Assembly: GCA_964489705.1 (NCBI GenBank)
Contig: CAZAZQ010000013.1
Coordinates: 7,085-71,084, forward strand
Direction of reading: 5' to 3'
DNA: 64,000 nt
From: an uncultured Ignavibacteriales bacterium
Lineage (GTDB): Bacteria; Zixibacteria; MSB-5A5; GN15; FEB-12
This document shows, one piece after another, positions 13,983 to 24,440 of this stretch. Both the position numbers and the translations under genes were made by a program. The notes under the pieces were generated by a model that saw only the letters and a program-made list of their open reading frames with translations, was not told where the DNA came from and made no database searches. Position 1 is the stretch's first letter. Each line of letters starts with the position of its first letter.

Positions 13983-15068
13983 TCACGCAATGACTCCGCC
14001 CCCGAGGACGATGTCGCCGTCGTAAAAAACGACCGATTGTCCCGGGGTGATGGCGCGCTGCTTTTCCTTGAAGACAACCCTGACGCTGGTGGGGCTGGTG
14101 CGGGTTAGCGTTGCTTCCGCCGGTTGGTGGCGATAACGGATTTTGACCTGAGCGGAGAACGGCTCATCGGTCGGTTCTTTTGCCACCCAATTGACCTGCT
14201 GGGCCGTCAGTTCAGAGCTGTAGAGGGCGTCGTCTTCGCCGACTATCACGCGATTGTGTTCCGGGTCAATCCGCTTGACGTAAAGCGGTGTCGGATGGGC
14301 GATGCCGAGGCCGCGGCGTTGACCGATAGTATAGTATGCCGTCCCGTTGTGTCTGCCGACAACAGTACCGTCTTCAAGAACAATGTCGCCCGGCTGAGGG
14401 GGGATGCTGTGCTTTTCGTCCCATTCCCGCACAAAGCGACGGTAGTCGTCATCGGGTACGAAACAAATTTCCCGTGATTCCTTTTTTTCTGCGGTGCGAA
14501 GTCGGTGACGGCGGGCAATCTCCCGCACTTCCGATTTGCGCAATTTCCCTAACGGCATGAGCGTCTTGGCTAACGCGTCTTGGCTAAGCCCCCAGAGGAC
14601 ATACGACTGATCGCGGGTTTCGTCGATGCCTTTGCGGAGGGCAAAACGTCCGTTCGACAGGCGCTCAATGGTGGCGTAATGGCCGGTGGCGATATAGTCG
14701 CAGCCGATTTCCAGCGCTTTTTGCAAGAATGCCGTCCAGCGTACTTCGGAGTTGCACCGGACGCACGGATTCGGGGTACGTCCCGCTTTGTATTCGGCGA
14801 CGAAGTTTTCGATGACGTTCTCTTTGAAAATCTCGGACATGTTCAGCACGTAGAACGGCGCTCCCATTGCGTCACATAAGAGACGGCAGTCGTTTACGGC
14901 ATCGAGGTTACAACACCGGCCGTCCTTGTAAATATCCCCCCCGACGTCGACGTAATCCCAGAGCTTCATATGGGCACCGATGATGTCGTAGCCCTGCTCT
15001 TTGAGCAGAAGAGCCGCTACGGAAGAATCGACTCCGCCCGATAAAGCAATAAGCACCTTCTTACCCAT
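13983..15068 (-). CDS. mnmA: tRNA 2-thiouridine(34) synthase
   Basis: SGGVDSS, TPNPCVRCN, ATGHYA, DQSY, YTIGQRRGL, AITPGQ. Confidence 0.97.
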   Translation of the reverse strand: MGKKVLIALSGGVDSSVAALLLKEQGYDIIGAHMKLWDYVDVGGDIYKDGRCCNLDAVNDCRLLCDAMGAPFYVLNMSEIFKENVIENFVAEYKAGRTPNPCVRCNSEVRWTAFLQKALEIGCDYIATGHYATIERLSNGRFALRKGIDETRDQSYVLWGLSQDALAKTLMPLGKLRKSEVREIARRHRLRTAEKKESREICFVPDDDYRRFVREWDEKHSIPPQPGDIVLEDGTVVGRHNGTAYYTIGQRRGLGIAHPTPLYVKRIDPEHNRVIVGEDDALYSSELTAQQVNWVAKEPTDEPFSAQVKIRYRHQPAEATLTRTSPTSVRVVFKEKQRAITPGQSVVFYDGDIVLGGGVIA

Positions 15069-15107
15069 ACCTTACCCAAAAGTAAAAAAATGTACGGCGG
15101 GGATACG

Positions 15108-16280
15108 TTACTCTTTGTCTTTTCCATACAGCGGCGACATCGCCCGTAACCGCTCGATGATGGGGGGGAGCTTTTCCAAGACATAATCAAGCTGCTCTTT
15201 CGTTGTCGTTCTTCCCATGGAAAAGCGGATCGCCCCTTGCGCCAATTCCGGAGGAATGCCCATGGCAGTCAGGACATGCGAGGGTTCTGTTGCTCCGGCG
15301 GTACATGCCGAGCCGGACGAAACCGCAATGCCTTCCAAGTCCAATGCTAAGACAATAGATTCACCTTCCACACCGCGAAAAGAAATGTTCACCGTCGGCG
15401 GGACACGGTTTTGCCGCGGTCCGTTGAGAGCGACATCGGGAATCTTCTCAATAATTTTATCGATGAAGTAATCCGCCAGCTCGGTGTGATAGCGGTAATC
15501 TTCGTCTTCTCTCTTCTGGGCAACTTCCAGAGCCTTCGCCAGACCGATGATACCGGCGACGTTTTCCGTACCGGGGCGGCGCTTCTTTTCGTGGGAGCCG
15601 CCAAAGAAGAGAGGAGCAATCTTCACTCCTTGCCGGATATAGAGCGCCCCCGCGCCTTTCGGTCCGTAAATTTTATGCCCTGTCAACGAAAGCATGTCGA
15701 CTCCCAACTTCTTCACGTCGACCGGAATCTTCCCGATTGCCTGCACCGCATCGGTGTGAAAAAGGGCGCCTTTTTCGTGGGCAACTTCAGCAAGGGCGGC
15801 GATGTCTTGAATGGTGCCGGTTTCGTTATTGGCGTACATTACCGACACGAGGGCGGTCTGCTCGGTAACTAGGTCTTTCAGTTTTTCAGCCGAGACAAAA
15901 CCTTCTCGATCAACCGGCAAGATGTCCAAAGCAAAGCCTTCCCGGTGGTGCAGATGTTCCGCCGGTTCCAAAACGGCATGGTGCTCGATGGCGCTGACCA
16001 CAAGGTGATTTTTCGTGTTTTTGAAATGATACGCCGTTCCCAGCACCGCCAGATTGTCCGATTCCGTTCCGCCGGAAGTGAAATAGAGCTCTGACGGATC
16101 ACAATTGATATATTGAGCGATTTGCTCGCGGGCATTTTCCAAGGCGACTTTGGCATCTCTGCCGAACTGATGAACGGAGCTGGCGTTGCCGAATTTCTCA
16201 TGGAAGTACGGCAGCATGGCTTCCACCACTTCTTCATCAACCGGCGTGGTGGCGTTATGATCGAGATATATCGGTGTCAT
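15108..16280 (-). CDS. iscS: Cysteine desulfurase (IscS/NifS)
   Basis: YLDHNATT, FTSGGTESDN, HTDAVQ, GHKIYGPKG, SSGSAC. Confidence 0.95.
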   Translation of the reverse strand: MTPIYLDHNATTPVDEEVVEAMLPYFHEKFGNASSVHQFGRDAKVALENAREQIAQYINCDPSELYFTSGGTESDNLAVLGTAYHFKNTKNHLVVSAIEHHAVLEPAEHLHHREGFALDILPVDREGFVSAEKLKDLVTEQTALVSVMYANNETGTIQDIAALAEVAHEKGALFHTDAVQAIGKIPVDVKKLGVDMLSLTGHKIYGPKGAGALYIRQGVKIAPLFFGGSHEKKRRPGTENVAGIIGLAKALEVAQKREDEDYRYHTELADYFIDKIIEKIPDVALNGPRQNRVPPTVNISFRGVEGESIVLALDLEGIAVSSGSACTAGATEPSHVLTAMGIPPELAQGAIRFSMGRTTTKEQLDYVLEKLPPIIERLRAMSPLYGKDKE

Positions 16281-16389
16281 GGTACCTATCCTTCAAAAGG
16301 TTATTTTCGAGTTCATATTATTGTAACACACCATAGCGAGAGTCGGTTGAATTCGACAGGTATAAATTTTTCGCCGCACCGGCTCTTTT

Positions 16390-18315
16390 CTAAAAGGCGT
16401 ACAATATAGTGAAATGCCACCGGTCGTCAAAGTCGATTTTTTTGGTCTTTATCCGGCGGGCGTAATCGATCCGGATCGGTCCGGCAGGGGACATGATTTG
16501 GATGCCGGTGCCGTAAGTATACGCCAATGAGGAAAACGTAAAGTCCTTCGTATGAAGAAACCCGTTCCCGATGTCGAAAAAGATTGACTGCCACAGCGGA
16601 AAAGAGCGGAAGAGGTCTTTGAGGAGAGGAATCGGGCGGAAGATTTGAAGGGTTTTCCAACGGAATTCTTGGTTGAAAACGCAGGTGAAATTCGCACCCC
16701 GCGGCGTGCCGTCGTCCCACGTCGGTCCGAGCGTATTTTCTTTGAACCCTCGTACCGTATTGGCGCCCCCCATATAAAAGAGGTCGTTAACGGGGACGAT
16801 TTCCGAAGCACCAAAGGGTTTGGCGTGTTCAAAGCGCAGCCGGGTTGCTGAAATCCAACCGGGCCAAACGACTTGGTAGCTTGACCAACTGGTGTGCCAC
16901 TTGTAGAAATGTTCATCCCCTCCCAAGAACCCGCCGAAATAGTCGAAAGAAAATTCCGTCACCGAGCCTCGGCGGGGAATAAAAGGATTGTCGCGACTGT
17001 CGCGACGGAAGGAAAAGTAAATTTTCCGCCGAACCGAAATCCCGTTCTCTTGTTTTTTCAGTTCGACCTGATCGTCGGGAATGCCGAAAATATTTACTTT
17101 GATATATTCAAGTCCCAACGAGGTTTTTATCTCGCTGCCGAAGTTTTTCATCGTGGAAGCCGAAACCGACCACGTTTCAATACGATAATTCTGCACCGGG
17201 TCTTTTACCCCCGGCTCATACTTCCCGGTCAAGCTGAGCGGCATTCGCAGACCGAACAGCCACGGTTCGGTGAATCGCAGTTGATAGTTATGTCCCAACA
17301 GCCGAAGAGTGCGGTCGGTGCCGAAGGTAAATTGCGTTTGCAGGTCGTAACGACGGGAGCCCAAAAAGTTCCGTTTTCCGAAACCGGCGGTGAAATCCCA
17401 GATGAGGTCGCGGACTTCCGATTGACCGATACCGGTACGGAGGGTCAAGTAAGTCGGCTTTCGCTCCCGAACCCGTACGACGAAGTCCGGTTTCAACCGG
17501 TCGGTGATGGTTTCGGCTCGGCTGATGTGGAAAGTGCGGAAGTAACCTGACTCCATAAGGCGGCGTTGCGAATCGAGAATATCGTTCCGGCGATAGATGT
17601 GCCCCGGGATAATACGGAGCTCCCGGCGGGCGACATATTCCGGGAAGCGTTGGATTCCTTCGATGATGACCTCTCCAAAGTGAACCAAGGAATCGGAGTT
17701 GATAGCGAACGTGACGTCGGCGAACGGTTCGATTTTGTTGGTATCAAGGCTGAACGAAACTTTCGCATACGGGTAGCCTTCGTTTGCGAGTATGGTCTTC
17801 ATGTTAAAAGTCGCATCGTGCAAATCGAACAGGTTAATCGGTTTTCCGTAGCGGAAACGGGAGGCGATTTTTTGAAAGTCGGAAGTGAAGCGCTTTTCAA
17901 ACGAGCCGGTTATCTTCTTGTTGCCGTAATAAAATCGTTTCCCCTCACGGATATCCACCCGCACCAAAGCGGTGGAATCTTCCGGCAAAATCTCGAAAGT
18001 TTCCTTCACTTGAATCCCTAAGAACCCATTGGAGAGATAGAGGTATTTTATTTCCAAGGTGTCGCGTCCGAGGGTTTCCCGCTGGATTTTGGTGCGACGG
18101 TCTCCTTTTATCGTCCGCCAGAAGGAGCGCTTTCGGGAGTACATGCGTTTTTTGATATCCGAGGCTTTGAAGAAACGGTTTCCGGTGATGAGGATGGAAT
18201 CGATGGCAGGTTTCGAGCGCACCCATCGCAGCGTCACCCAGTCAATAGCATGGCTGCCGGACGCCGCAAAGCTCGTTCCAAGCACTATGAGAATGAAAAG
18301 CAAAAGCCGTCGCAT
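16390..18315 (-). CDS. tamA: Omp85-family outer membrane protein (TamA/BamA-like)
   Basis: POTRA repeats, GGANTVRGF, PAGPIRIDYA, C-terminal F; overlaps tamB stop. Confidence 0.8.
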   Translation of the reverse strand: MRRLLLFILIVLGTSFAASGSHAIDWVTLRWVRSKPAIDSILITGNRFFKASDIKKRMYSRKRSFWRTIKGDRRTKIQRETLGRDTLEIKYLYLSNGFLGIQVKETFEILPEDSTALVRVDIREGKRFYYGNKKITGSFEKRFTSDFQKIASRFRYGKPINLFDLHDATFNMKTILANEGYPYAKVSFSLDTNKIEPFADVTFAINSDSLVHFGEVIIEGIQRFPEYVARRELRIIPGHIYRRNDILDSQRRLMESGYFRTFHISRAETITDRLKPDFVVRVRERKPTYLTLRTGIGQSEVRDLIWDFTAGFGKRNFLGSRRYDLQTQFTFGTDRTLRLLGHNYQLRFTEPWLFGLRMPLSLTGKYEPGVKDPVQNYRIETWSVSASTMKNFGSEIKTSLGLEYIKVNIFGIPDDQVELKKQENGISVRRKIYFSFRRDSRDNPFIPRRGSVTEFSFDYFGGFLGGDEHFYKWHTSWSSYQVVWPGWISATRLRFEHAKPFGASEIVPVNDLFYMGGANTVRGFKENTLGPTWDDGTPRGANFTCVFNQEFRWKTLQIFRPIPLLKDLFRSFPLWQSIFFDIGNGFLHTKDFTFSSLAYTYGTGIQIMSPAGPIRIDYARRIKTKKIDFDDRWHFTILYAF

Positions 18316-21300
18316 CAGAACTCCCAGTGTAGTTTCAAGGCTAAATGGTACAATTCCTGCTCGTCCCGAAGCCCTTCAATGAGGAACGCTTTGCTGAAGC
18401 GGTATTCGAACCCGACTTCCTGCCGGGTCTGACCCGAAAGGGTAGAACGGCCATAGACGTAGAGGTTGGGGGCGGTGTAAAAGCCGACCGTTATCCAGGC
18501 TTGGAAGGGGTTGTTCTTTTCGTTGTAGATGGGATCGATTTCAAAAGTCTCGACGCCGAGATGCCCCAAATGGCGGGCGCCGATTTGGGAAATTTGTGAG
18601 GAGACAAGCCCGGAGAGGCGCTGTTCAAACTGAGTCGATGACGATATCGAATCGGAGCTGTAATAGTTTGCCGCTAAAATGGGGAGGATGTCTTCGCGGG
18701 CGAAGCCGGAACCTTCCGCCGGTCGGATATCCGGCTCTTCGAGTGTTCCGGTGACGTGGATACAAAGTTGCAGCGATTCGGTGGTCTCGGTGGTTTCGTC
18801 AAGGGCATGGCGCGTCCCGGCAATACGGGTGCAGCCGGTGATGTCCAAGCGGGGGTTGATTTCCGGGTTGCCTTCGAAGATGACTTTGCTTCCCGGTTCG
18901 AGTCGGAAAGTTTTATCAAAGAGGAAACCCCGACCGCGCAGGATTTCCATTTCCCCGATAAAACGATAAACCCCTTTCTCACGGATGAGATTTATCTGCC
19001 CGGAAAATTCGGCGTCAATGTCGTCGTTCTTTATCCAGTAGTTGGCAAGGACATCAATGTTGATATTCAAATCCCACGGGTTTTCGCCGGATAGAGCGTG
19101 CATCAGAGGCGAGCCTTCATCTTCGGAAGCAAAGTTGACGAGGTATTTCATCGAGGTGATGGTCAAATCGCCGGTTACCAAAGGAGGAGTATCTCCTTCG
19201 ACGTGGAGCTCGCCTTCCACGACACCGCGAATGTCATCCAGCTCATACGAGAAAGGAAACTCTTTGGGAAGGGTGATATCCAAGTCGTAATAGAAATTGT
19301 CCAGTGACTTGACGGTAATTTCCCCTTCGATATAGGCATAGCTTTTTCGTTTGTGTCCCTTTTTGCCGGCGGTGTAGGCTTCGATATGGTCGATGATAAT
19401 CTTGTTGTCTTTCATCGTCACCCCGGCGGAATCGGCGTACAGCGGGTATTCCAATTCGAAATATTTCAAGCGGGCGTTTTTGATGTAGGCTTCCCCTTCT
19501 AAGTGGGGAGATTGCGGCGTGCCGGTCAGCAGAATGTCGGCAAAAAAGTCGCCGTTGAGCTGTTCCACGGAAGGCATAAGAAAACTGACCAAGTCGAAAC
19601 TGCTGTCGGTGGCGGTGAAATGAATATCCATCGGCAAGTCGGGAAAACGATCCACCACTTCGGAAGTGAACGCCAGATCGACATAGAAAGAACCTTGAGC
19701 GTGGTAGGTTCCCGTTTCGGAAAGGATGAGAACGCTGTCTAAGCTCAGTCTTCGTTGTTCATAAGACAGGTCGGCAACAACATTTCCCAACAACAAATCT
19801 TGATAGGTCAGCGAATCGACCGTTCCCAGCAAGGAGAACCGAGGTTTCAGGAAGGTCCCTTCGATATGGGCGTCACACGAAAGAATGCCGCTGATTGCCA
19901 ATGAGGTGTCGTAGAGAGACAACCACGGTTTCACCGGTATCCGTTTGAGAGATGTATTGATATCCATGGATTCGTCGTAGTTGACTCGACCCGAAACGGA
20001 CAGTCGGGCGAACCCATCGCTGATTTCCGAGCGAAGAAAATGAAATCCTGCCGAGTCGATGGCGATTTGAAGTGCCTCCCGGTTATAAAACACTTGGTCA
20101 AACAGGGTGAGGGTGAGCGTGTCGATAGTCATCGCCATCGGGGTGACGCCGTAATCAAAGCGTCCTTTTCCGACCAGATGGGTGTAGGGGTTGCTCATGG
20201 AAAACGTATCTATTGTGACTACAGTGGAGTCGACCAACAGGAAGGTGTAGCCGGAATCGTACGGTTGGCTCCACGCCGTGCCATCGAAGAAAAAGGCTTC
20301 CACGCTGCCGTGCTTGCCGGTGAGAAATCTTTCCAGCTCCACCGAGGCTGCGAAATTCTGAGAAAACAAGCCGTACAGCCACAAGGAATCCGAAACGAAC
20401 ATCCCTCGGAGGTCGGGATCGGCGGTCCGTCCCGAGATGGTCGCTTCGGCATGTCCTCTGCCACCGGGCTGATCGATGAAGAGTTTGCCGCGGTAGCGGT
20501 CGAGGTTGTTCAGCTCCGCCGTGACGGTCAGGTTGATGGAGTCGGAATACTCGATGCAACCGCTGAGAAAAAAGACGTTTTCGAAATAGTTGATACGAAA
20601 CGAGTCGGCAAAGCAGAGAGAGTCGGTCGTTATCAACAGGGAACCTTCCGCTTCATGGAGAGGATACTCGTCGAAAGAAGATTCGTGCAGGCTGGTTTGA
20701 AGGTGGAGCGTCAATCGGTCGTTGCGGAACGATTGGCCGGTGAGAGCGAGGGAGCCGGTCAGGTCCGACTCGAAGGTATTGGGGACGAGCTTGTTGAGAT
20801 TGAAGTTCGTCAGTTCGGCATTGAGAGAATAGTGTTCCACCGGAGCGGAGAAGTCGATTTCGCCGTTCCCGTCAATGGTGCAGTTTTCGAGAATGGTACC
20901 GAAGAGGGTGTCCACCACCAGATGGGCGCCGTCGAAAGAGAATTTCGCCGAGACGTTTTCGACATTTTTCTCCAAAAATTCACCGGCGACGTCCACCGAG
21001 CCGGCTATTTTTTTGCCGGAAAACGAGATGTCCCCGTTGGCGTCAATGACGCCGGTCAGTTTTGTCTTGGTGAAGGCGCGGGTGTCGGCAAGGTTGAAAT
21101 TGTCGAGCGAAAAGGTGAGGTTGCCGGTGGGCGTATCCCGAAGGAGGATATTCCCTTTGAGTTTGAGGCGGGTGTCATCTTTCAAAACGGTACAGTCGGA
21201 CAGCACTATCATCTTTTCAGCGTATGTCGCTTTTCCGCTTGCCGAGGTGAGAGCCAGACGTCGGTCGCTGGACTCAAAGCTGAGGTGCTTCAGATCTACG

Positions 21301-21854
21301 GCATAGGTATTGTCTCTTCCTCCCACGGCGGCGGAAAGGTTCAGACGGGTCAAGCGCAAGGTGTCGCCCGGTGAAATAAGATTCAGGGTTGTCGAACTCA
21401 AACCGACATCTTCGATGAGAAACTCCACCGGGGAAGCCTGTTCCTTGCTTTTCGACGACGAGGAAAGGCGGGGGAGGAGGTAATTGCCGGTGCTGTCCCG
21501 CAGTATGGTAATAACGGCGGAATCGAGATACAAATAGTCGAAAAGGTAGCGATGTTGCCAAAGATTAGAGAGGGAATAAGCGGTCGCTGCGGTGGAGAGC
21601 GTCAAAAGAGGAGGCGTCAAGCCGCCGTCGTTGCGGCGTATGACCACATCTTTCAGGACAATGCCGGAGAAGAGACTGCCGCGTACATCGCCGACGGTGA
21701 TGCGTAAATCATATTTCCGTTCCAACAACGATGCCAGACGGACGTTGACCAGTCGTTCCAAACCGCCGAAGACAAAAAAGTACAGGTACAAAGAGCCCAG
21801 CAAAAGAACGAACCCGAGGAACAGTCCGAAGATGATGCGCTTAGCCCTCTGCAT
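18315..21854 (-). CDS. tamB: Translocation/assembly module TamB (DUF490)
   Basis: N-terminal anchor, long beta-rich body, INPRLDI..VTGTLEEP C-terminal domain; next to Omp85 gene. Confidence 0.82.
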   Translation of the reverse strand: MQRAKRIIFGLFLGFVLLLGSLYLYFFVFGGLERLVNVRLASLLERKYDLRITVGDVRGSLFSGIVLKDVVIRRNDGGLTPPLLTLSTAATAYSLSNLWQHRYLFDYLYLDSAVITILRDSTGNYLLPRLSSSSKSKEQASPVEFLIEDVGLSSTTLNLISPGDTLRLTRLNLSAAVGGRDNTYAVDLKHLSFESSDRRLALTSASGKATYAEKMIVLSDCTVLKDDTRLKLKGNILLRDTPTGNLTFSLDNFNLADTRAFTKTKLTGVIDANGDISFSGKKIAGSVDVAGEFLEKNVENVSAKFSFDGAHLVVDTLFGTILENCTIDGNGEIDFSAPVEHYSLNAELTNFNLNKLVPNTFESDLTGSLALTGQSFRNDRLTLHLQTSLHESSFDEYPLHEAEGSLLITTDSLCFADSFRINYFENVFFLSGCIEYSDSINLTVTAELNNLDRYRGKLFIDQPGGRGHAEATISGRTADPDLRGMFVSDSLWLYGLFSQNFAASVELERFLTGKHGSVEAFFFDGTAWSQPYDSGYTFLLVDSTVVTIDTFSMSNPYTHLVGKGRFDYGVTPMAMTIDTLTLTLFDQVFYNREALQIAIDSAGFHFLRSEISDGFARLSVSGRVNYDESMDINTSLKRIPVKPWLSLYDTSLAISGILSCDAHIEGTFLKPRFSLLGTVDSLTYQDLLLGNVVADLSYEQRRLSLDSVLILSETGTYHAQGSFYVDLAFTSEVVDRFPDLPMDIHFTATDSSFDLVSFLMPSVEQLNGDFFADILLTGTPQSPHLEGEAYIKNARLKYFELEYPLYADSAGVTMKDNKIIIDHIEAYTAGKKGHKRKSYAYIEGEITVKSLDNFYYDLDITLPKEFPFSYELDDIRGVVEGELHVEGDTPPLVTGDLTITSMKYLVNFASEDEGSPLMHALSGENPWDLNINIDVLANYWIKNDDIDAEFSGQINLIREKGVYRFIGEMEILRGRGFLFDKTFRLEPGSKVIFEGNPEINPRLDITGCTRIAGTRHALDETTETTESLQLCIHVTGTLEEPDIRPAEGSGFAREDILPILAANYYSSDSISSSTQFEQRLSGLVSSQISQIGARHLGHLGVETFEIDPIYNEKNNPFQAWITVGFYTAPNLYVYGRSTLSGQTRQEVGFEYRFSKAFLIEGLRDEQELYHLALKLHWEF

Positions 21855-21857
21855 GAG

Positions 21858-22523
21858 TTACCGTCCCAACTCCTCCATGATAGAGCGGGCGGTCAGGTAA
21901 CCGTCTCCCGCTCCTTCGCCGAGATCTTCGATGACTTCTTGAAGGAGTTCGAAAGAAGCACCGACGTTGAGCGCGCCTTTGATGTGAGAGTAAAGCTGTT
22001 TGTCGTAGTTTTCAATCATCAAGCAACTGACGATTGCCAGCTCCCGCTCGATAACGTTCAGCTCCGGGCGGGAAAGCACCTTTCCGTACCCTTCGATGAC
22101 CATCCAGCGAAAAATTTCCGGCGCAAGGTGCTCCACTCGTTCTTTCAAGCGGTCGTAGTTTGTCGCATAGACCTTCTGGCAGAGAGCCACCCCGCGGGTG
22201 AACCATTCTTTTGATTCATCCGCATCTACCTGATGGAGTTGAGATGCGCTGTCGGGGGCGGGCAATCGGGAGTGGAGGTGCTCGGCGGCGCGCAACATAC
22301 GGGGAAAACCGAGGAATAAGTACGATTGCAGGACGATTTCATACAGCAGGCTTCGCTCAAGCTGATGCCTCCGACAGTGCTCTACCGCCATATCCAACCC
22401 TTCCGGTTCGGCAACTGCAATCGCTGCGGAATAAAGTGCCAGCAGGCGCGTTTGATGGTGCCGCGCGGGGGCAAAATTCCTCAAGCGCTCGTAAAATTTC
22501 TCGCGACGGAAGCCGTAATTCAT
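21858..22523 (-). CDS. Carboxymuconolactone decarboxylase (CMD/AhpD-like) family protein
   Basis: LQSYLFLGFPR, EGYGKVLSRPEL..ERELAIV, HIKGALNVGAS. Confidence 0.85.
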   Translation of the reverse strand: MNYGFRREKFYERLRNFAPARHHQTRLLALYSAAIAVAEPEGLDMAVEHCRRHQLERSLLYEIVLQSYLFLGFPRMLRAAEHLHSRLPAPDSASQLHQVDADESKEWFTRGVALCQKVYATNYDRLKERVEHLAPEIFRWMVIEGYGKVLSRPELNVIERELAIVSCLMIENYDKQLYSHIKGALNVGASFELLQEVIEDLGEGAGDGYLTARSIMEELGR

Positions 22524-22570
22524 GGCATAAAGAAATGGCAGAACGGCGCCCTTCGCAATTGGAAACTTGT

Positions 22571-23752
22571 CTACTTTTGTTGCTCTTTCAATTGCCTTTC
22601 GAGGTCGGCGAGGGTCTTTTTGAGAGAGTCGATTTGTTTGAGCAAGGTATTTTCATACCTGCTTTGGTACGGAAGCGCATACGACGCCTTCGATACCGTC
22701 AAGGGAGAGGACAGTTTTCCCACTTTCAGTCGGACATGGTAGGGGGTATTGTTACGCAGGAGTCCGACTTCGATAATCGTGCCGGGGGAGAGCTGTTGGA
22801 TAAGGTTTTTCAGCTCGAGGGCCGATTCCAACGGTTTGTGGTTCACGCTCAAAAGCAGATCACCTTTGCGCAGTCCTGCTTTGGCGGCTGGGGAAGAAGG
22901 CAATACGCGGGTAACCATGACTCCTTTGTTAATGACATGGTTGCTGCTGGCAACGGCTCGAGCAAGCTGGGTGCTGGGCGTCAGAGTAATCCCCGGAACG
23001 ATTTCGATGTCCGCCGTGGTGATTCCCAAATAGCCGACCGGTCGGTCGCCTTTGGTCAAGAGGTGATGGACAATGTCGGGAATTTTTTTCGCCGGGATAG
23101 CCAAACCGACTTCAAGTTTTCCTTCCGAGCCGAGCCCTCCCGTGATAAGCCCGAGTAACTTCCCGGATAAATCAAACACCCCTCCGCCGACGGTGCCGGA
23201 GGTGATGGGAGCGGAAAACTGTATCATCTCGTCGGGGCGGGAACCGGCACAAAAGCCCAAGGAAGGACATGCCGGTAAGCCGTATGAGTTGCCGATAGCG
23301 ATAACCATTTGTCCGGCGCAGCTTCCACTGCCGCCCAGCGTCACCGGGGTGCCGATTCTGCTGTTGACATATATCACCGCCAAGCCGGTGCGGTAGTCGA
23401 TACCGCGGATTTGTGCCGGGAGGGTGGTGTTGCCGAAATGGACGATGATGTGTTCTTTTCCGGAGACTGCTTGTGCCGAGACCAAGATGTGCCCGAGCAT
23501 ATCATAGATAAGCCCCGAAGAAATCAAGCTCTGCACCGCTTCGTCTTTCGGACAGCCGGGGGAACCGCCGCCGTACGATTCCACCGTGACTACCGACCGG
23601 GAGAGACGATAGATGAGCTCGTTCAGTCCCTTTTCCAGTTCTCCAATAGCCGGTTCGGCTGAGAGTGTCACCGTGGTGACGGCTGAAAAAAAGACCGCCC
23701 AAAAAGTCATCTTCGTGATTTTTTTGGCGGTCGTCGATAAGCGCATGAGCAT
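22571..23752 (-). CDS. HtrA/DegS-like trypsin-PDZ protein with degenerate catalytic triad
   Basis: VIAIGNSYGL, IQFSAPITSGTVGGG, GYLGI PDZ, SPAAKAGL; H/D/S positions substituted; start uncertain. Confidence 0.85.
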   Translation of the reverse strand: MLMRLSTTAKKITKMTFWAVFFSAVTTVTLSAEPAIGELEKGLNELIYRLSRSVVTVESYGGGSPGCPKDEAVQSLISSGLIYDMLGHILVSAQAVSGKEHIIVHFGNTTLPAQIRGIDYRTGLAVIYVNSRIGTPVTLGGSGSCAGQMVIAIGNSYGLPACPSLGFCAGSRPDEMIQFSAPITSGTVGGGVFDLSGKLLGLITGGLGSEGKLEVGLAIPAKKIPDIVHHLLTKGDRPVGYLGITTADIEIVPGITLTPSTQLARAVASSNHVINKGVMVTRVLPSSPAAKAGLRKGDLLLSVNHKPLESALELKNLIQQLSPGTIIEVGLLRNNTPYHVRLKVGKLSSPLTVSKASYALPYQSRYENTLLKQIDSLKKTLADLERQLKEQQK

Positions 23753-23753
23753 T

Positions 23754-24440
23754 TTAGTATACCCTTCCACCCTCCTTCTCTAATTGAGTGCTGGGAGGAA
23801 TAAACTTTTTGATGACTTGTCGTACTTGGTAGTACCCCGGTGCATAGGGAGCCGGCGGCGTCGAGCGGGACGAAGCCATCATAAAGCCCGCCGAGTGTTC
23901 CAGTGAGTGCAAAATTTCTTGCCGGGCAATGGAGCTCGACAGTTGATTCATTCTTTCCGCCAAGGCGATTTGGTCTCTCAGCGTCCAGTCGGGGGTAAGG
24001 TGGGTCGAGCTTATAGTGTTATGGAGCGGTTGCGCCGTCAGGTAAGAATCGTCGAGGGCGACCGAAAATTCGTTCGGGGAAGAATGGTGGGAAGGAGAGA
24101 AGTTTATCACCGCCAACAGAATCACCATGCAGGTCGTCACGAAAGCCGGAATGACCTGTCGCCACAAGACCACCGGCGCCCGCTTGGGAAGGTATGCTTT
24201 GCTTCGCGTTTCGGCGAAGCGCTCTTGGGCGATCCGGTTGAGCAATTTGTGGTTGAAATCATCGGCGACCTTCAAGCTGTTCAGCTCTGCTTTCGCTTGA
24301 ACCATCGACCGATAAAATGCCTCCTCCCGTCGGCACGCCGAGCACGTCGAAAGATGCTCGCTGATAGCCTGCTTGCGGCTACCGTTCAGCTCGTCGTTAC
24401 AGTATGCTGACAGGTAGGAGCGTACTCTTCGACAGCGCAT
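23754..24440 (-). CDS. Zinc-finger (zf-HC2) transmembrane anti-sigma factor
   Basis: MRC..LSAY..HLSTCSAC (HxxxCxxC) plus one TM helix; overlaps the ECF sigma gene. Confidence 0.88.
   Translation of the reverse strand: MRCRRVRSYLSAYCNDELNGSRKQAISEHLSTCSACRREEAFYRSMVQAKAELNSLKVADDFNHKLLNRIAQERFAETRSKAYLPKRAPVVLWRQVIPAFVTTCMVILLAVINFSPSHHSSPNEFSVALDDSYLTAQPLHNTISSTHLTPDWTLRDQIALAERMNQLSSSIARQEILHSLEHSAGFMMASSRSTPPAPYAPGYYQVRQVIKKFIPPSTQLEKEGGRVY

Noticed and set aside
20040-21374. 444-aa plus-strand ORF; similar long antisense ORFs at 22211-23158, 37034-37939, 42239-43162 and 5144-6022
   Set aside because: Antisense shadows of well-supported genes with no recognisable motifs
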